Shown one piece after another: positions 46,926-48,815 of a DNA stretch of 48,815 bases (its first letter is position 1; every line of letters begins with the position of its first letter). Location of the stretch: the NCBI GenBank assembly GCA_037142195.1, contig JBAXBA010000019.1, positions 1 to 48,815 of the forward strand, written 5' to 3'. The DNA comes from Pseudomonadota bacterium. Lineage in GTDB: Bacteria; Bdellovibrionota_B; Oligoflexia; Oligoflexales; CAIMVM01. Position numbers and translations under genes: made by a program. The notes beneath the pieces were generated by a model. The model had not been told where the DNA came from. It saw only the letters and a list, made by a program, of their open reading frames with translations, and did not search any database.

Positions 46926-48815
46926 GGAATCAACGAAAAAGGTTACGTCAGTTCACCTTGCTAAACTAGCATACATTTATATTCGGCAATCATCTCTCTA
47001 TCAGGTTGAAAACCATGCAGAAGGAAGGCTGCGTCAGTATAATCTTATTGAATGGGCGGTGCAGGCAGGATGGCCGCGGGAACGTATCATCGTCATCGAT
47101 TCAGATCTTGGTAAGAGCAGTGCTAGCCCTAATACGCGCAGTGGATTCGCTGAATTGATAGCGGCAGTGGCTCGAGGTGAAGCAGGAATAGTCATTGCAC
47201 TGGAGGCTACGAGGTTAGCACGCAATAGTCTAGACTGGCACAATCTTATTTATATGTGCCGTTGGACTGAAACAATGATTGCTGATGAAAATTGTATCTA
47301 CGATCCTAGTGATTCCTCAGACCGGATGATACTTGGGATTCGTGGGCAAATGAATGAAATGGAGCTTGAAAACTCCATCGGTAGGATGATTAAGGCTCGC
47401 TGGAGTAAGGCAAAACGAGGCGAGTTTTTGACTATTCCTCCAGCTGGCTATGACATCGACGAGGATGAGAGGGTTATATTCTCGCGCGATGAATCGATAC
47501 GACACGCAATCACCACGGCATTTAAAAAATTTGATGAGCTTGGATCTGCGCGACAAGTATATGAATGGTGGCGGTCTCAGGAGCTTCTTTTTCCTGTTAG
47601 AAAGATTCGCAGGGGGCACCCTGTGGAATGGCGCAAACCGCTATATGCGATGTTTTTACGAACGCTCGAAAACCCTGTTTTTTCTGGTGCCTATGCGTTT
47701 GGCAGGACAAAGTCCACAAAAGTTTTCGATGCTGAGAAAATGACGAATCGGCCAAAAACAAAAAAGATCGAGCAAAATAACTGGGAAGTCTTGATTAAGG
47801 GGCATCATCCTGGATATATTACCTGGGAGAAGTTTAACGAAAATCGCGCAAAAATCTCAGGGAACAGTCCGATGAAGGCTAACGAAAATTTTAAAAAGGG
47901 AGCCGTTCGTCAGGGACACGCGATATTGCAAGGCCTAGTGCTCTGCAGCAAGTGCGGACGTACAATGACAATTAGTTATGGTGGACACAAGTCCAACAGG
48001 AACGCCACAAATGGTCGCGTTTATCAGTATCGATGCTGTGCGGCCAAAGTATATCACGCAGCCGGCGACTGTCAGGTCATTGGCGGGAAGCGAATCGATG
48101 CGAGTGTCATTGATGTATTTTTTGAAATTGCACAACCAGCATCATTGGCGGCTATGACCAACGCTATTGACGTTGAGAATGATCAGCAAGATGCATTGTC
48201 CAAGCACTGGCAGTTGCAAGTAGAAAAGGCCGAATACGAAGCCATGCGAGCACAAAGACAGTATGAATCGGTTGAACCAGAAAATCGTTTGGTAGTTAGA
48301 ACACTTGAGAAATGTTGGGAAGATCGACTGAGTGCTCTTGAAGAAGTGAAAAATAAGGCGTCATTAGCAACGCGTAAATTGAGCCGTTTAAGCGATGATC
48401 AGATCTCTAAAATTAAGCTCCTTGGACGTGATCTAAGGCTGATCTGGGATGACACGAACACCACACATTCAGACCGTAAGCGTTTACTTCGTAGCCTTAT
48501 AGAAGAAGTGCAGTTAAACACCGCGCTTGATAAATATGAGATAAAGATAGTATGGAAAGGGGGAGCCACCACTCTCAGGACTGTGCCTCGAATTAGTGGC
48601 GGTCATGTCAATAGAACTTCGGAAGACGACATAGAATTAGTGAAAAAATTGGCAGTCGAATTTGATGATGCGCAGATAGCTCGTACTCTAAACAAGCAGG
48701 GCCGCAGGTCGGGCCGAGGAATTCCCTATACAAAAGAAAGTGTCTCTTCAATGCGTGGTCGGTATAAGATTTTGCGAGGAGAAGTGAAGGCTATTGATCC
48801 GACCTCAGGACCTTT
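46918..48815 (+). CDS. Large serine recombinase (Y4bA-like), truncated by the window end and absent from the ORF track
   Basis: MNKESTKKVTSVHLAKLAYIYIRQSS (catalytic Ser), IDSDLGKS, RSGF, EATRLARN, PPAGY, LQGLVLCSKCG zinc ribbon, VEPENRLV coiled coil, DAQIARTLNKQG HTH. Confidence 0.95.
   Translation, partial: MNKESTKKVTSVHLAKLAYIYIRQSSLYQVENHAEGRLRQYNLIEWAVQAGWPRERIIVIDSDLGKSSASPNTRSGFAELIAAVARGEAGIVIALEATRLARNSLDWHNLIYMCRWTETMIADENCIYDPSDSSDRMILGIRGQMNEMELENSIGRMIKARWSKAKRGEFLTIPPAGYDIDEDERVIFSRDESIRHAITTAFKKFDELGSARQVYEWWRSQELLFPVRKIRRGHPVEWRKPLYAMFLRTLENPVFSGAYAFGRTKSTKVFDAEKMTNRPKTKKIEQNNWEVLIKGHHPGYITWEKFNENRAKISGNSPMKANENFKKGAVRQGHAILQGLVLCSKCGRTMTISYGGHKSNRNATNGRVYQYRCCAAKVYHAAGDCQVIGGKRIDASVIDVFFEIAQPASLAAMTNAIDVENDQQDALSKHWQLQVEKAEYEAMRAQRQYESVEPENRLVVRTLEKCWEDRLSALEEVKNKASLATRKLSRLSDDQISKIKLLGRDLRLIWDDTNTTHSDRKRLLRSLIEEVQLNTALDKYEIKIVWKGGATTLRTVPRISGGHVNRTSEDDIELVKKLAVEFDDAQIARTLNKQGRRSGRGIPYTKESVSSMRGRYKILRGEVKAIDPTSGP

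Larger units (their letters stand above)
46428..48815 (+). mobile_element. Large-serine-recombinase element (Y4bD/DUF5372, small ORF, Y4bA-like recombinase); right end outside the window
   Basis: Three-gene order beginning where IS91 similarity stops; left boundary approximate. Confidence 0.8.

Noticed and set aside
47034..48135. Short ORFs listed in the track (47034-47243, 47317-47619, 47450-47743, 47935-48135)
   Set aside because: All overlap the long recombinase frame starting at 46918, which the track missed because it has no stop inside the window
1..48815. CRISPR array or cas genes
   Set aside because: No regularly spaced repeat-spacer series and no Cas motifs seen; the short repeats found are tandem without spacers

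Overview
Bacterial chromosomal window of moderate GC, rich in ORFan lipoproteins and secreted peptidases; this gene content suggests Oligoflexia/Bdellovibrionota (inference). Recognisable genes: HDAC-family deacylase, CDP-alcohol phosphatidyltransferase, ABC-F ATPase, tRNA-Arg(CCT), glucokinase, delta-9 desaturase, alpha-carbonic anhydrase, lpoB/COG3014, yggS-yggT, a pilGHI-like ABC cassette, M4/M36 and M48 peptidases, Leu dehydrogenase and mnmG. Both ends are mobile DNA. On the left, a ~1.7 kb integrase-less islet lies between copies of a direct repeat. It holds a DUF4258/MqsA-type TA pair with a frameshifted toxin and an attP-like site (tRNA-Pro 3' half, two IHF-consensus sites, 12-bp tandem repeats), and is followed by a 3' fragment of pdhC. 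On the right, an IS91-family transposase is interrupted by a three-gene DUF5372 / small ORF / large serine recombinase element that runs off the window. The best candidate for an undescribed system is a three-lipoprotein operon (7340-11050): two paralogous, Cys-patterned CHAD-like (polyphosphate-binding fold) proteins plus a CotH-like kinase, suggesting extracytoplasmic polyP capture or polyP-linked phosphorylation. Other oddities are a HEAT-repeat protein with a C-terminal HEPN-like RxxxxH motif, a degenerate ThyX paralog and a receiver fused to a His-less HPt-like domain. All family calls come from motif recognition by eye; no searches were run.
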